Shown: positions 9,922-19,281 of the stretch, in pieces
Layout: every line of letters starts with the position of its first letter
How positions within the stretch are numbered: the first letter of the stretch is position 1
Source: Dehalococcoidia bacterium
GTDB lineage: Bacteria > Chloroflexota > Dehalococcoidia > Lucifugimonadales > JAGWBF01
Length of the DNA: 64,000 nucleotides
Direction: 5' to 3'
Assembly (NCBI GenBank): GCA_965219565.1
Contig: OZ244780.1
Span: forward strand, 1,006,287-1,070,286
Position numbers and translations under genes: made by a program
Notes under the pieces: model-generated
Database searches by the model: none
The model's input: only the letters and a program-made list of their open reading frames with translations
Told to the model about the DNA's origin: nothing

Positions 9922-9930
9922 TGGTACAAT
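9922..9930 (+). promoter_or_regulatory. possible extended -10 promoter element (TGgTACAAT)
   Basis: TGGTACAAT lies 28 nt upstream of ATG 9958, which has a GGGAGG RBS. Confidence 0.3.
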
Positions 9931-9957
9931 ATGCCCGACTATCTACGGGAGGGCGCC

Positions 9958-10653
9958 ATGGCCCAGGAATTCAAGGGCCGTTTCATCAAGTATTCCTTCT
10001 ACAAGGCCGACCCCAGTTGGAAGCTGCTTCCCGACGACGAGCGTGACCGCGGGAAGCGAGAGTTCGCCGCCGTCGTGGACGAGTTCTCCTCCAGGATGGG
10101 CATCGCCAGCTACAGCCTGCTGGGCACCCGGGGCGACGTGGACTTCCTGCTCTGGAAGGTGAGCGAGTCCATGGACCTGCTGGACAGTCTGGCAGTCCAA
10201 TTGAACCGTACCGGACTGGGCAGGCGTCTACAAATGCCCCATTCCTACTTGGCCATGACCAAGCGTTCCCCATACATCGACAGCCACGCCCATGAAGGCC
10301 AGGATGGCTCAGGCGAGGGGTTCAGGGCCATAGGCAGGGACTACCTTTTCGTCTACCCCTTCGTCAAGACCCATGACTGGTACCAGCTTCCCAAAGACGA
10401 ACGGCAGCGCATGATGAACGAGCACTTCCAGGTGGGTCACAAGTATCCGTCGGTGAAGATAAGCACCTCTTATTCATTCGGGTTCGACGACCAGGAGTTT
10501 GTGCTCGGTTTCGAGACGGCCAACCCCGTGGACTTCCTGGACCTGGTGATGGAACTGCGGGAGTCCGAGGCCAGGCCCTATACGGAGAGGGACACCCCCA
10601 TATTCACCTGCATCCACAAGCCCCTGAGGGAATGCCTTGACGGCCTGGGGTGA
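9958..10653 (+). CDS. chlorite dismutase family protein (HemQ-like coproheme decarboxylase family)
   Basis: FIKYSFYK...YLFVYPFVKTHDWYQLPKDERQRMMNEHFQVGHKYPSVKISTSYSFGFDDQEFVLGFE is typical of the Cld/HemQ family. Confidence 0.8.
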   Translation: MAQEFKGRFIKYSFYKADPSWKLLPDDERDRGKREFAAVVDEFSSRMGIASYSLLGTRGDVDFLLWKVSESMDLLDSLAVQLNRTGLGRRLQMPHSYLAMTKRSPYIDSHAHEGQDGSGEGFRAIGRDYLFVYPFVKTHDWYQLPKDERQRMMNEHFQVGHKYPSVKISTSYSFGFDDQEFVLGFETANPVDFLDLVMELRESEARPYTERDTPIFTCIHKPLRECLDGLG

Positions 10654-10792
10654 ACGGCGGCCCGCCCCTGGAGAAAGCTGAATATGACGCCGTCAGCCCA
10701 GGCAAAAAGCGTGGCAGCCCAGGGTGAGCATCCCAATATTGTTGCCGTATAATCAATAGTGTAAGCTAGCTCAAATCCCAGGGGAGGAATGA

Positions 10793-11974
10793 ATGGCTCT
10801 GAAAGTATATCCGGCCAGCCAGGAAGAGACACTGGAAGCGCTGCTGGCGGTCGTCGAAGAGGTGCGTCCCGTCCTTGAGGCCCATGCCGAGGAAGGGGAA
10901 GCCATCGCCACTCTCCCTAAGGCTTCGGTGGAGGCCCTGTACGACGCTGGACTGTTTGCCATAAAGCTGCCCAGGGTGTTGGGTGGAGCGGAAGCCGACC
11001 CCGTGGTCCAAATGGAGATAATTGAGGCCATCACCCGGATAGAGCCGTCAGCGGGCTGGTGTGTAATGATTGGCAGCTCCAGCGCGGGGCAGCCGGGAGC
11101 ATATCTTAACGACGAAGCCTTGGAGATAGTTTTCCCCGGAGGGCGTCCTCCGCGCGTGGCCTCATCCCTGGCTCAGGGAGGCTCCGCCGAGCCTGTGGAC
11201 GGCGGCTATAGGGTTACCGGGAAATGGTCCTTTGCCAGTGGTATCCGTCACTCCAACTGGGTGCGTGGCGGCGCCCTGGTGCCGGGAGTCGAAAGCGAGT
11301 CCGAACGCCACATAGTCTGCATGATGCCCACGGAGCAGGTAAAGGTGCACGACAACTGGGACGTGATGGGTCTAAGAGGCACGGGAAGCTGCGACTTCTC
11401 AGTGAAAGACCTATTCGTCCCTGAGGATTTCACCTGGGACGTGTGGAAACCCACGATATACCGGGGCGGTGCCCTCTACCGGCTTGGCCGCCCTGGATTC
11501 GTGATTAACGAGCACTCCGCCTTTGCCATAGGGTGTGCGCGCAAGGCGATGGACATTGTCATGGACAAGGCGGCGATACGGCAGCGGGGCTACTATAGCC
11601 GGCCTCCTCTTTCCGAGCGGGGCGCCTTCCAGAGGGACCTGGGAGAGTGTGACCTGAAGCTTCGGGCCGCCAAGGCCCTGGCGAAAGAGGTCATGGACGA
11701 GGGCTGGCAAGTCGCCTGCCAGGGTGAGACGCCCGGGCCCGAGCTCCAGTCCGCCATGCGGGCAACGTCCAGCTACGTCACCCAGGTGTCCGTAGAGGTG
11801 ACGGAGATGCTGTTCAGGTACTCTGGCGGCGAGGCCATCTTCAACTCCAGCCAGCTTCAGAGATGCCTGCGGGACGTATACGCCGGAGGCCAGCACCTCA
11901 TGGTCAGTGAAAGGGCCATGGAGAACCACGGGCGGTTCCTGCTGGGCCATCCCGACGCCAATCCCATGGGGTAG
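10793..11974 (+). CDS. acyl-CoA dehydrogenase family protein
   Basis: 393 aa with ACAD-like N, middle and C domains (WSFASGIRHSNW, GLRGTGSCDF). GGAGG RBS. Confidence 0.8.
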   Translation: MALKVYPASQEETLEALLAVVEEVRPVLEAHAEEGEAIATLPKASVEALYDAGLFAIKLPRVLGGAEADPVVQMEIIEAITRIEPSAGWCVMIGSSSAGQPGAYLNDEALEIVFPGGRPPRVASSLAQGGSAEPVDGGYRVTGKWSFASGIRHSNWVRGGALVPGVESESERHIVCMMPTEQVKVHDNWDVMGLRGTGSCDFSVKDLFVPEDFTWDVWKPTIYRGGALYRLGRPGFVINEHSAFAIGCARKAMDIVMDKAAIRQRGYYSRPPLSERGAFQRDLGECDLKLRAAKALAKEVMDEGWQVACQGETPGPELQSAMRATSSYVTQVSVEVTEMLFRYSGGEAIFNSSQLQRCLRDVYAGGQHLMVSERAMENHGRFLLGHPDANPMG

Positions 11975-11986
11975 ACCGGGGGGCCG

Positions 11987-12184
11987 ATGTCCGTCCCCGT
12001 TCATTACAGCGAGAGACTCCGGGATGGTTGCCGGAGGATTTCTGTCGTGGCGCGGTCAATTCAGATTGCTCAAGGCTTGCTGCCAGGGTTTTGGACAGCG
12101 ATAATTGTACTATTGTTCGTATGCCGAGTAGGTCTGCCGCTTGTTGCCGACATAAGTAACTTTTGCCTAGCCTGGGAGATGTAG
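11987..12184 (+). CDS. possible small hydrophobic protein (65 aa) ending directly before the parA-like start
   Basis: ORF stop TAG 12182-12184 abuts ATG 12185. Has a hydrophobic stretch FWTAIIVLLFVC. The C-terminal LPLVADISNFC matches LPSFSDISNFC in the 177-aa protein even though different Ser codon families are used. There is no convincing RBS. Confidence 0.25.
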   Translation: MSVPVHYSERLRDGCRRISVVARSIQIAQGLLPGFWTAIIVLLFVCRVGLPLVADISNFCLAWEM

Positions 12185-13042
12185 ATGGCTCCAAAGGGTA
12201 ACCCTGTCGCTATTTCGGTAATCAACCTGAAAGGCGGAGTCGGCAAAACTACGATTGCCGCCTTGCTTGGTAGGTATGCTGCCCAGAGTCTGAATCTTAA
12301 GGTTCTAGTTATTGATTTAGATCCACAAGCCAACCTATCTCAGGCGTTGATGGGTGAAGTCAGCTATAGGCAGTTCTTGAACGACAAGTCGCCTTCGATT
12401 GTGGAGGTGTTTGCCGGATATCAACCACCGACAGTCGGGCAGACCGCAACGAGTGGGTTGGACAGACAGAACGTGGTACGGCATCCCAGACCGAATTTGA
12501 AAATCATCCCTTCAAGGTTCGACTTCTCCAACAACCTTGTCAATGCGGCGACACCGGACCCGCAACGGTTGGCACGGCTCATAGCCGAATATTTCCAAGA
12601 TGAGGACCTTATCCTCATCGACTGTGCTCCTACTGAGTCAATATTCACCATAGCTGCCTACCATGCCTCTCGCTACATTCTTGTTCCAGTGAGGCCTGAA
12701 TTCTTCGCAACCATTGGGTTTCCGCTCTTAAATGATTCTCTTCAAGCCTTCCGAGCCAATAATCGGGGGCATCAGATTGATGTAATCGGTGTCGTGGTCA
12801 ACGATGCAACCGATGGTGGAGGAAACGATGGAGGGCCAGAGAAGAAGCGGTCGATTAATGAAATCAAGGAGGAATCGGATAAGAATAGATGGCATGTATT
12901 TAACAACCACTTAGGTTATTCTAGAGGTTTTCCCAAGATGATGCGGGGTGATTATATGTACCTTGGCAATGCTCCGTACGAATTTGCGCGATTCGCGAAA
13001 GAACTATTCAGCAGACCGGAACTGAGCGGACTTCAGTCTTGA
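12185..13042 (+). CDS. ParA/Soj/MinD-superfamily ATPase (orphan; no ParB recognisable nearby)
   Basis: Deviant Walker A NLKGGVGKTT, VLVIDLDPQANLSQ and Walker B LILIDCAPT. GGGAG RBS. Composition is visibly more A/T-rich than the flanking genes. Confidence 0.85.
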   Translation: MAPKGNPVAISVINLKGGVGKTTIAALLGRYAAQSLNLKVLVIDLDPQANLSQALMGEVSYRQFLNDKSPSIVEVFAGYQPPTVGQTATSGLDRQNVVRHPRPNLKIIPSRFDFSNNLVNAATPDPQRLARLIAEYFQDEDLILIDCAPTESIFTIAAYHASRYILVPVRPEFFATIGFPLLNDSLQAFRANNRGHQIDVIGVVVNDATDGGGNDGGPEKKRSINEIKEESDKNRWHVFNNHLGYSRGFPKMMRGDYMYLGNAPYEFARFAKELFSRPELSGLQS

Positions 13043-13067
13043 GCTAGTGGCAAGGGGGTGACAACTG

Positions 13068-13601
13068 ATGACTCAGGCTAACCTAAAAGACACATTGCGC
13101 TCAATGGTCACAGAGTACGGAATTGAGTGCGTTCAGGAGTCTCTGCGGGAGATCGAGTTAGCGGAATCTCACATTGTGAGCTCTAGTCAGAACACCAGGA
13201 CCCGAAGTCGTCGCCATGTCACGGAAGCCGGTAAAAGGAGTCCTAGAATCACGGCTTTACAATACGTCGAGAAGATGGCATTGCCAGCAGAGAAAATGCC
13301 ATCTGTGGTAGAGCTTGCCGGAAGATTCGAGGAAAAGTCGTTTCTCCCCAGTTTCAGCGACATCTCCAATTTCTGTCAAATCTATGGAATCGACGAGCCT
13401 GCGTCCAAGTCGCGTTCCAGTGCTCTACCGAGGCTGTTCAAGTTCATAGCCTCAATGGAAGCTGACGACATTGACAGGATTCTTAATGAAGGCCAGTTCT
13501 CTGGTCCATCAAGGCTAGGGCCTATAGCAGACGCAATCCGTCGCAACGGCAGGGCCGGGACCCCTGTTAGTTCTTACGGCACCACTGTCCAAGGCTCGTA
13601 G
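13068..13601 (+). CDS. hypothetical protein (177 aa) with a basic, low-complexity segment; candidate ParA partner
   Basis: Lies 25 nt downstream of the parA-like gene on the same strand, with GGGGG upstream. Contains SSSQNTRTRSRRHVTEAGKRSPR. I recognise no domain. Confidence 0.6.
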   Translation: MTQANLKDTLRSMVTEYGIECVQESLREIELAESHIVSSSQNTRTRSRRHVTEAGKRSPRITALQYVEKMALPAEKMPSVVELAGRFEEKSFLPSFSDISNFCQIYGIDEPASKSRSSALPRLFKFIASMEADDIDRILNEGQFSGPSRLGPIADAIRRNGRAGTPVSSYGTTVQGS

Positions 13602-13643
13602 TCTAATTTCCTCTCCCAAGACCGTCGACCGGCTGGGGTCCGC

Positions 13644-15920
13644 TTAGCCGCCACGCAGCAGGTTCAGTGCCGCGCCGGCCTTGAACCATTCGATTTGGGT
13701 GGGGTTCATCGTCTGGTGCAGGTTAAGGTCCTCAGTCGTGCCGTCGGCGTGATGCAGTGTGGCCTTGACCGGCTTGCCGGGGGCCAGGTCCGTCAGTCCC
13801 GTCAGGCTGATGCGGTCGGCTTCCTGCACCTTGTCGTAGTCGGCGGCGTCCTCGAAGGTGAGAGGCAGCAGCCCTTGCTTCTTCAGGTTGGTCTCATGGA
13901 TGCGGGCGAAGGAGCGGGTGATGATGGCTGCGGCTCCCAGCAGCCTGGGAGACATCGCAGCGTGTTCGCGGCTGCTTCCCTCGCCGTAGTTGTAGTCTCC
14001 AACCGCCACCCAGCGCTTGCTCTGGGCCTTGTAGTGGCGGGCAATCTGGGGTATGGGCTGGCCTGTTTCTCCCGTAAGCTGGTTCAGGCCCTCTCCCGAC
14101 TTGTCAGTGTAGGAGTTGGTGGCCCCCAGGAACATGTTGTCGCTCAGGTTGTCCAGGTGTCCGCGGAACCTGAGCCACGGCCCGGCTGGGGAGATATGGT
14201 CGGTGGTGCATTTCCCCTTGGCCTTCAGCAGGATGGGCAGTTCCAGGAAGTCCTCCCCGTCCCAGGGTGCGAAGGGTTCCAGCGCCTGCAGACGGTCGCT
14301 GGCCGGGTCTACGCTCACCTCCACCGAGTCCCCGTCGTCCTCGGGTTCTACGTACACGTCCGTCGCACGAACGAAGCCGCCAGCAGGAATCTCAGGAGCG
14401 GCCTTGGGGGGTTCCAGCTTGAAGGTCTCGCCCGAGGGAGCGGTTACTTCATCGGTAAGGGGATTGAACGAGAGGCGGCCAGCCAGGGAGTAGGCGATGA
14501 CTATCTCGGGGCTCGTGATGAAGGCGGCGGTATCGGCCCTGCCGTCGTTTCGGCGGGGGAAGTTGCGGTTGAAAGACGTGACGATGGTGTTGGGCTGGCC
14601 GTCGGCCACATCGTCCCGCTTCCACTGGCCGATGCAGGGCCCGCAGGCGTTGGCCAGGACCGTGGCGCCGATGTCTCCCAGTGACTGCATTTGGCCGTCC
14701 CGCTCGATGGTGGCCCGGATCTGCTCGGAGCCCGGAGTCACCAGCAGGGGAATGTTCACGGAAAATCCCCTCGCCTTGGCCTGCTCGGCCACGTCGGCGG
14801 CCCGAGACATGTCCTCGTACGACGAGTTGGTGCAGCTTCCGATAAGGCAGTCGGATATGTGGTCCACGTAGCCTTTTTCCTGCACCTCTTTGGCCATTTG
14901 GGATATAGGCCGCGCCAGGTCCGGGGTGTGGGGGCCCACCACCTGGGGTTCCAGGCTGGACAGGTCTATTTCCACCACCCTTTGATAATAGCTCTCCGGG
15001 TTCTGCACCGCTTCATCGTCGGCTGCCAGCAGGCTGCGGTTGGCTTCCGCCAGGTCGGCCAAAGCTCCCCGTTGGGTGGCCCTGAGATAGGTGGCCATGC
15101 GGCTGTCAAAGGGGAACACGGAGCAGGTGGCGCCCAACTCAGCCCCCATGTTGGTGATGGTCGCCTTGCCGGTGCAGCTTATGGACTCGGCTCCTGGGCC
15201 GAAGTATTCGATGATGGCGTTGGTGCCCCCGGAGACCGTGAGGACTCCGGCCAGGTACAGGATGATGTCTTTGGGCGCCGTCCATCCGCTCAACTCCCCG
15301 GTCAGGCGCACTCCGACGGAGGTGGGGTACTTCAGTTCCCAGGGAAGCCCAGCCATCACGTCGGCTCCGTCGGCTCCTCCCACTCCAATGGCGAGCATCC
15401 CCAGGCCGCCGGCGTTGGGGGTGTGGGAGTCGGTGCCTATCATTAACCCGCCCGGGAAGGCGTAGTTTTCGAGAACGACCTGGTGGATAATTCCCGCTCC
15501 GGGTTTCCAGAAACCCATGCCGTATTTGCGGGCGGAGGACTCCAGGAAGTGGTAGACCTCGTTGTTCTCGTTGAGGGCGTCTTGCGTGTCGGCTCTTCCC
15601 TCGACCCGCGCCTGGATCAGGTGGTCGCAATGTATGGTCGTGGGCACGGCGACCCTGTTCCTCCCTGCCTGCATGAACTGGAGCACCGCCATCTGGCCGG
15701 TGACGTCCTGGTGAGCGACCCGGTCAGGCCGGAGCATAAGATAGCTGTCCCCTGCTGCCAATTCCTGGCTTTCGGGCTCGTCCAGATGGCCCAGGAGAAT
15801 CTTCTCGGCCAGATTGAGGGGCCTTCCCAGCTTCCGGCGAGCCACGGCCAGGTTGGCTTCAACCGTCTTATATGCCGCTTCGACGAATTCGGGAGTGGAG
15901 TCTATAACGTTGGTTGTCAT
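13644..15920 (-). CDS. aconitate hydratase (about 750-aa, mitochondrial-type architecture)
   Basis: Fe-S ligand motifs (HCDHLIQ, GSCTNSSYEDM, NACGPCIGQW) and a C-terminal swivel domain. Confidence 0.9.
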   Translation of the reverse strand: MTTNVIDSTPEFVEAAYKTVEANLAVARRKLGRPLNLAEKILLGHLDEPESQELAAGDSYLMLRPDRVAHQDVTGQMAVLQFMQAGRNRVAVPTTIHCDHLIQARVEGRADTQDALNENNEVYHFLESSARKYGMGFWKPGAGIIHQVVLENYAFPGGLMIGTDSHTPNAGGLGMLAIGVGGADGADVMAGLPWELKYPTSVGVRLTGELSGWTAPKDIILYLAGVLTVSGGTNAIIEYFGPGAESISCTGKATITNMGAELGATCSVFPFDSRMATYLRATQRGALADLAEANRSLLAADDEAVQNPESYYQRVVEIDLSSLEPQVVGPHTPDLARPISQMAKEVQEKGYVDHISDCLIGSCTNSSYEDMSRAADVAEQAKARGFSVNIPLLVTPGSEQIRATIERDGQMQSLGDIGATVLANACGPCIGQWKRDDVADGQPNTIVTSFNRNFPRRNDGRADTAAFITSPEIVIAYSLAGRLSFNPLTDEVTAPSGETFKLEPPKAAPEIPAGGFVRATDVYVEPEDDGDSVEVSVDPASDRLQALEPFAPWDGEDFLELPILLKAKGKCTTDHISPAGPWLRFRGHLDNLSDNMFLGATNSYTDKSGEGLNQLTGETGQPIPQIARHYKAQSKRWVAVGDYNYGEGSSREHAAMSPRLLGAAAIITRSFARIHETNLKKQGLLPLTFEDAADYDKVQEADRISLTGLTDLAPGKPVKATLHHADGTTEDLNLHQTMNPTQIEWFKAGAALNLLRGG

Positions 15921-15984
15921 GCTTGGCCTCCGTCTATGGAATTCGATTTGGGAGTTGGCTTACTGCGCCCTGGTCCCATTCTCA

Positions 15985-16425
15985 CTACAGGACCAGTCCA
16001 TAGGTGCGTTTCTTGATGGCCAGGTTGACGAAGGTTTCGGTCCGCGTGATTCCTGATATGACGCCTATCTTGCCCCGGATGAAGTTGCCCAGCTGCTCTG
16101 TGGACTCGACTCCGACCCAGGCGAATATGTCCCACGCCCCCGTGGTAATGGCGACGTAGTGGGCCTCGTCCAATGCCGATATAGAGTCGGCCACCTCGTC
16201 GACCCGGCCTGGGGAAGTCTGCACTCCGATGAGGGCGGCAGTGGCGTAGCCCATCTCCTCCAGGTTCGGCACCGCTATGACTTTAACGACTTCGTCTTCC
16301 ATAAGACGCCGCAGCCGTCGTCTAACCGTGCCCTCGCTGACGCCCACGTCCCGGGCAATCTTGGCGTTGGAGGCGCGTCCGTCAGCCTGAAGGAGGTTGA
16401 TGATTCTGCCGTCCAGTTCATCCAT
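15985..16425 (-). CDS. Lrp/AsnC family transcriptional regulator
   Basis: MDELDGRIINLLQADGRASNAKIARDVGVSEGTVRRRL HTH followed by an RAM/ACT-like C-terminus. Lies directly upstream of aconitase on the same strand. Confidence 0.85.
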   Translation of the reverse strand: MDELDGRIINLLQADGRASNAKIARDVGVSEGTVRRRLRRLMEDEVVKVIAVPNLEEMGYATAALIGVQTSPGRVDEVADSISALDEAHYVAITTGAWDIFAWVGVESTEQLGNFIRGKIGVISGITRTETFVNLAIKKRTYGLVL

Positions 16426-16613
16426 AATCGTCGCTCCCGAATAGAGTATAGGGGTGACATGATAGAGTAGAGCAGTAATCAAGTCAATGGTTGCCTCTTT
16501 TCGGCGCTAACCGAGCGAAAACCATCGCTTTCATTCACGAATCAATTGTTCCTTGGCCTTGTTCATCGCCTTGCCGTCGGGCTGCGGTTCTTGTATATTT
16601 GAGAGCTAAGAAT

Positions 16614-16705
16614 GGAGGGATCGCATAGTGGCCTAGTGCGGGCGCCTGCTAAGCGCTTAGCCTGAGAAATCGGGCTCATGGGTTCGAATCCCATTCCCTC
16701 CGCCA
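16614..16705 (+). tRNA. tRNA-Ser (anticodon GCT)
   Basis: Acceptor GGAGGGA/TCCCTCC, anticodon loop CT-GCT-AA, long variable arm, GGTTCGAATCC T-arm and an encoded CCA. Confidence 0.9.
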
Positions 16706-16732
16706 TTATATGATTCCTTAGTTCATCGCATT

Positions 16733-18007
16733 ATGAACAGCTATTATATTTGGACTATCGGCTGCCAGATGAACGTGGCGGATTCGGAGCGCCTCAGCAG
16801 CGGTCTGGAACAGCTGGGGCTGACCGAAACCGACAAGCCCGGCGACGCTGACGTGTTGGTGCTCAACTCCTGCGTGGTGCGGCAGAGCGCCGAGGACAAG
16901 GTCATCAGCCATTTGGGGTTCGTCAAACAGGCGAAAGTGAAACACCCCGATAGTGTCCTGGCCCTCATGGGGTGCATGGTGGGAGCCGACTCCTCTCCGC
17001 TTCAGAAGCGTTTCCCCTACGTGGACGCCTTCCTGAAACCTCAGGAATACGGCCCATTGTTTGACATCGTGGGCCAACGCATGGGGTTGGACTGGGAAGG
17101 CTGCGTTGGGACTCTGACGCCTCCCCGACCGTCGGTCGGCGCTCATGTGCCCATCATCCACGGGTGCGACCTGATGTGCACATTCTGCATCATCCCCTAC
17201 CGCAGGGGCAGGCAGACCAGCCGTACCGTGGATGATGTTGTTCACGAGGTCGAGCTTCTGGCGAGCCGAGGCGTAAAAGAGGTCACTCTTCTCGGCCAGA
17301 CCGTCGACGCCTACGGACACGACCTAGACGAGGATGTGGACCTGGCCGACCTGCTCCGGGCCGTCGACGACGTCGATGGGCTGCAGCGCATCCGTTTCCT
17401 CACATCCCACCCCATGTTCATGAGCGACCGGATTCTCGACGCGGTTGCCGGTTTGGACAAAGTCTGCGAACACATCAACCTTCCCGTGCAAGCGGCTGAT
17501 GACGAGGTGTTGGCCAACATGCGCCGACGCTACACCCTGGACGAATACAGACGACTGGTCGACCGTATTCGCCAGAGGGTCCCGCACGTCGCGCTGTCCA
17601 CCGATGTGATAGTCGGGTTTCCGGGAGAGACCAGGGAGCAGTACGAAAGGACCCTCGACTTGCTTGAGGAGGTGGAGTTCGAGAAGGTGCACTCCGCCGC
17701 CTACTCTCCCAGGCCGGGAACGATAGCCTGGCGCAAGATGTCCGACGACGTGCCCGCCGAGGAAAAGCAGTTCCGCCTCAAAAACCTGACGGAGTTGCAG
17801 GAAGGCATCGCTGCACGCCGAAACTCCCGGCTCCAGGGAAAAACCGTCGAGGTCCTTGCAGAGACCCGGAAGAAGGGAAAGTTGCAGGGGAGGACGCGAA
17901 GCGATAAGCTGGTGTTTTGGGAAGGGGACGACTCGCAGATTGGCGAGTTGGTCAACGTCGAAGTGGCCAAGACCAGCCCTTGGGCCCTCCAGGGGAACGC
18001 GGTTTAA
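16733..18007 (+). CDS. miaB: tRNA-2-methylthio-N6-dimethylallyladenosine synthase
   Basis: YIWTIGCQMNVADSE N-terminal cluster, radical-SAM CxxxCxxC (GCDLMCTFCIIP) and a TRAM C-terminus. Confidence 0.9.
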   Translation: MNSYYIWTIGCQMNVADSERLSSGLEQLGLTETDKPGDADVLVLNSCVVRQSAEDKVISHLGFVKQAKVKHPDSVLALMGCMVGADSSPLQKRFPYVDAFLKPQEYGPLFDIVGQRMGLDWEGCVGTLTPPRPSVGAHVPIIHGCDLMCTFCIIPYRRGRQTSRTVDDVVHEVELLASRGVKEVTLLGQTVDAYGHDLDEDVDLADLLRAVDDVDGLQRIRFLTSHPMFMSDRILDAVAGLDKVCEHINLPVQAADDEVLANMRRRYTLDEYRRLVDRIRQRVPHVALSTDVIVGFPGETREQYERTLDLLEEVEFEKVHSAAYSPRPGTIAWRKMSDDVPAEEKQFRLKNLTELQEGIAARRNSRLQGKTVEVLAETRKKGKLQGRTRSDKLVFWEGDDSQIGELVNVEVAKTSPWALQGNAV

Positions 18008-18027
18008 CGCCGAAAGCAGGTGAACGC

Positions 18028-19236
18028 GTGACAACCAAGGCCAAGCAGCCGGTGATTCCCATTACTGAGATAGAGCACTCCGCCTTCTGCCGCACGGAAG
18101 ACGAGCTGCCCGCCAAGTCCCTAGCTGAAGAAATCAAGGTGAACATCCGCTGGCAGAAGATTCCCACGGAGTACCTCCACCTCTCGCCCGATGAGCTAGA
18201 CCGGCGAATAATCGAGGTCCGGGCCAAGCTCGGCGAGAGGGTGACCATACTGGGCCACCACTATCAGCGGGAAGAGGTCATCAAGTACGCCGATTTTCAG
18301 GGAGACTCCTTCAAGCTCTCCCAGAACGCCGCCTCCAAGTCCGAGGCCGACTACATAATCTTCTGCGGCGTCCACTTCATGGCCGAGACCGCCAGCGTCC
18401 TCTCCGCAGACCATCAGAAAGTAATCCTGCCCAACATCACCGCCGGATGTTCTATGGCCGACATGGCTCCCCTGGACGACGTTCTGGACGCCTGGGACGA
18501 CCTTCAGGACGTGGTGGGAGACCAGGGCGGCATACTCCCTGTTGCCTACATGAACACCATCGCAGGCCTCAAGGCGCTGTGCGGCCGTCACGACGGGATC
18601 ATATGCACTTCCTCCAACGCTGCCGCAGCCCTTAAATGGGCCTACGAACGCTCGGACAGAGTATTCTTCCTGCCCGACCAGCACCTTGGCCGGAACACTG
18701 GGATAAAGCTGGGCATAGACCCCAATGAAATGGTCGTCTGGAACCCATACAAGCCCTTGGGAGGCAACACGAGGGAACAGCTCCAAAAGGCCAAGATGGT
18801 GCTGTGGCAGGGCCACTGCTCAGTCCATACGCGGTTTACCGTCAAGCAAATCGAGGGCGCCCGGGTGCGCTTCCCCGACGTAAAAGTCATAGTCCACCCC
18901 GAATGTGTGATGGAAGTGGTGCAGGCCGCGGACATGGACGGCTCCACAGAGGTGATTCGCAAGACTATAAACGAGGCTCCGGCGGGTTCGGTATGGGCCG
19001 TGGGCACCGAGATTAGCCTCGTAAACAGGTTGGCCAAGCAGAACCCGGACAAGACCGTTTTTTGCCTTGACTCGGTGGTGTGCCCCTGCTCCACGATGTA
19101 CCGTATTCACCCTGCCTACGTCTACTGGGTGTTGGAGGGTCTGGCCCACGGCCAAGTCGTCAATGAGGTGTCAGTGGACGAAGAAACCAGGCGTTTGTCC
19201 CGCATAGCCCTGGAGCGCATGTTGGCAGTGGTGTAG
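18028..19236 (+). CDS. nadA: quinolinate synthase
   Basis: ILGHHYQREEVIKYADFQGDSFKLS, FCGVHFMAET and CPCSTMYRI motifs. GTG 18028 chosen because the longer ORF overlaps the miaB end. Confidence 0.85.
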   Translation: MTTKAKQPVIPITEIEHSAFCRTEDELPAKSLAEEIKVNIRWQKIPTEYLHLSPDELDRRIIEVRAKLGERVTILGHHYQREEVIKYADFQGDSFKLSQNAASKSEADYIIFCGVHFMAETASVLSADHQKVILPNITAGCSMADMAPLDDVLDAWDDLQDVVGDQGGILPVAYMNTIAGLKALCGRHDGIICTSSNAAAALKWAYERSDRVFFLPDQHLGRNTGIKLGIDPNEMVVWNPYKPLGGNTREQLQKAKMVLWQGHCSVHTRFTVKQIEGARVRFPDVKVIVHPECVMEVVQAADMDGSTEVIRKTINEAPAGSVWAVGTEISLVNRLAKQNPDKTVFCLDSVVCPCSTMYRIHPAYVYWVLEGLAHGQVVNEVSVDEETRRLSRIALERMLAVV

Positions 19237-19281
19237 GGCCAGCGGGGCGTGAGCAAGCTTGAGATAGGCTGGTGAACAATC

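Noticed and set aside
8697-9929. 410-aa ORF on the minus strand
   Set aside because: It lies entirely antisense to the well-supported alcohol dehydrogenase gene and runs through the REP-like hairpins. Its Gly/His/Pro/Arg-rich composition is typical of shadow ORFs in high-GC DNA.
16718-18034. Two minus-strand ORFs (200 and 236 aa)
   Set aside because: They are antisense to miaB, which has unambiguous radical-SAM motifs.
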